Origin: the human T2T-CHM13v2.0 reference genome, Homo sapiens
Assembly: GCF_009914755.1 (NCBI RefSeq)
Contig: NC_060930.1
Direction: 5' to 3' (one strand)
Length of the DNA stretch: 64,000 nucleotides
The notes under the pieces were generated by a model. The model made no database searches and had not been told where the DNA came from. It saw only the letters and a list, made by a program, of their open reading frames with translations. A program made the translations under genes and the position numbers. Shown here piece after piece: positions 60,111-64,000 of the stretch; the stretch's first letter is position 1, and every line of letters begins with the position of its first letter.

Positions 60111-61082
60111 AATGGGAGTGGATGAAATTTGGTATAGAACTAAAAGCACACTGTGATTTCTCTCCCGCGCTGGTATTTGAACAATGACATGTATTTGCCT
60201 AGAGAAGACAAATAACAAAAATGACTGGGTGATTGTGTGTGGATCACGCTTGTTATATCTTTGATAGGGAAATTCAAAACGGTCTGTGGAAGTGTAGAAA
60301 TAAATTCTTGAAAATGACCCTGAAGTAGATTTTTGGAGTGCTTTGGTCCGTTTCACAGATGCTTTACCATTTGAAGTAGATGCCAAAACAAACGAGAAGA
60401 TAGATAGCTCAGGGTTTGTAGTACATGAAGCCAGCATCTGCTAGTTTATTTAGTAGCGGGAGCAGGAAGAGCAGAGGGAGAAGAGTGCAGCAGCCGCCAA
60501 GAATAAAACCTGGTCAAGAGGCCACATCAGCCCAGCTTGGCAGACGGGCCTGGTGGCTTTGGTAATTATACTGGTGCCTGCTGTATGTGGGCCTTTTCCA
60601 CTGAGTTTAAAAAAGGCTTTCCTCTAACTACCAGGTCTCCCAGCAGTTGGGCCACTTTTGCCCTCGGTGGTTTTTCCCTGTGGAATATTTGCCGTGTCTG
60701 TGCTCCGTGGCTGTGTTTGCTGACTCCAGGGTAATACCCTTGGCCCTGCTGTTTCATGTGGCTCCTGCCCGTCTCCCCCTCCTGACTTAGCTCATAGAAG
60801 GTTTGTGAGGACATGCCCTTCGGGAAGAGCCCAGGAGAAACCACATGACTGCATGGCTAGACCAGCACACGTGGACTTGACCAAAGCCTTGTCTTTTTCC
60901 TTCTCTCCACCTCCCTCCCTTTTTAATCTATTAGTACTTTTGACATAAATAATATGTAACTGACTCAGATCTACAGAAATATCATGGCAAGGCACATACC
61001 TAGTGATGAGGGCCCATTAGCACTGAGACTTCCTTTGGGTTAATAATTTCATTATGGATAGAACTCCCTTTTGATACTCACC

Positions 61083-61387
<305 letters not shown>

Positions 61388-62097
61388 TGACACCCACATT
61401 TGCCACCAATTCTATTTTAAGTATGCTAACTCTGATAATGACATAGGAAGAAAACATACTTTAAAACTGTAGGGAAATCAATCCCAAAAAGAATTCCATG
61501 CTTTTTCCTTTGTGTACTTCCACTATCTGTAGTCCCAGAGTACATCTCCAAGAGGCATTTTTGTTTCTATCCACATTGGGGGTATTGCTCGTATCACTTT
61601 ATGGGAGAAGAAATCCATAGGTACCAGTTAATAATGCATTTTGGGCCTCTTGTTATTTGTATTATTCTTCAGAAGGTGTCATAGAGTACATTGAGACCAG
61701 GGTATCCTGAATATGTGCAGTTGGAAACACTTCTGGCATTTGTTGAAGTTTTTGTTGTTGTTTTAAGACTCCATTCTGCTATTCTTAAGTTTGTTTTCTC
61801 TTTTTGCTCCCATCAGTGTTTTCTTTTCTTTTTAAAAATATTCATCCACAGTCTCCTTTATATAAATATCAGACAGTAATAAATAGTTAGGTTTAGTCTT
61901 TCTTTTCTTCCCCCTGCCTATCACGTACTAAGTACTGTACTGCCTTCTGGAAATGGTCTCTGTCTTCAAGGAACTTAAGTGTCCAGCGGTGGTGGTTGCA
62001 GGGGGTTGGTGGGGGTGGGTGGACATAAATAGGTGCTTTTAGTACAGTATGATATGGGCTATGGGGGTATAACTAAGCCATTTTTGTCAGGGACTGA

Positions 62098-62396
<299 letters not shown>

Positions 62397-62608
62397 GAGT
62401 TAATCTTATCTAGGAAGTAGGGCTTGTTTCCTAGCCAGAGGGGTGATCTGGGACTTGACCATCATGAGGTAGGGCGATAGCTACAATAGTTTGGTATTGG
62501 TGGGTTAAAGGGGGTAGGGGTCAAGTGCTGGAAGACAAGGCTGCAGAGCAAAGCCAAGATCAGGTCTTAGACTAAGGGTCATGTATGTAGCTGGCGATGT
62601 GTATTCTA

Positions 62609-63371
<763 letters not shown>

Positions 63372-63645
63372 TTAATTCACAGGACTTCGTAACGGTTGTG
63401 ATGTGGTAGTTATGGTGTGATGTGCGTAGGGGGTGGTAGCAGGTGAGGGATGGGGCTCTTAATTTTCTAGCTGAAATGATTGGATAGACGTTACCAGCTA
63501 GGATTGGAAACAAGGGAGGAAGAGGGGTTAGGAGGTAGGGATACCAATTGCAAGTTTGTTCTATTAACACATTTCTTAAACATTTCTTCAACTTTTAAAC
63601 TGCACCTACGGTCATGTTTTACTTCTTCCTCATAAAAGTTAAGGT

Positions 63646-63989
<344 letters not shown>

Positions 63990-64000
63990 CTAGGCAGTAG

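Noticed and set aside
59979-60437. 152-aa minus-strand ORF
   Set aside because: Partly overlaps an L2 fragment; no recognisable homology or splice context.

Overview
Primate, almost certainly human, non-coding genomic DNA: it carries an SVA whose SINE-R matches the young SVA_F/E type. I find no credible protein-coding gene, tRNA/rRNA or CRISPR array; the long ORFs in the track are Alu-, SVA-, L1- or L2-derived, or chance frames. Repeats: about 48 Alu copies or fragments, many with readable target-site duplications (TSDs); one SVA truncated at both ends (23741-25372, minus); one full-length decayed L1PB (46629-54055, plus) carrying three Alus; older L1M, L2 and MIR fragments; two MaLR solo LTRs; DNA-transposon relics (MER20B, MER5, Tigger4a, Tigger2a); and microsatellites. 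Repeat-poor blocks (notably 15300-21030) look like cis-regulatory DNA. A plus-strand splice-bounded 179-bp exon at 58952-59130 resembles, from memory only, an exon of the lncRNA CASC15, which would make the window mostly intronic; this is unverified. The most unusual observations are an Alu whose 3' half is abruptly hypermutated (C>T/C>A) after a 12-nt duplication junction, and the SVA polyadenylated inside SINE-R. I do not see evidence for a new multi-gene biological system. Repeat subfamily calls come from remembered consensus sequences, and boundaries are approximate (about 10-20 bp).
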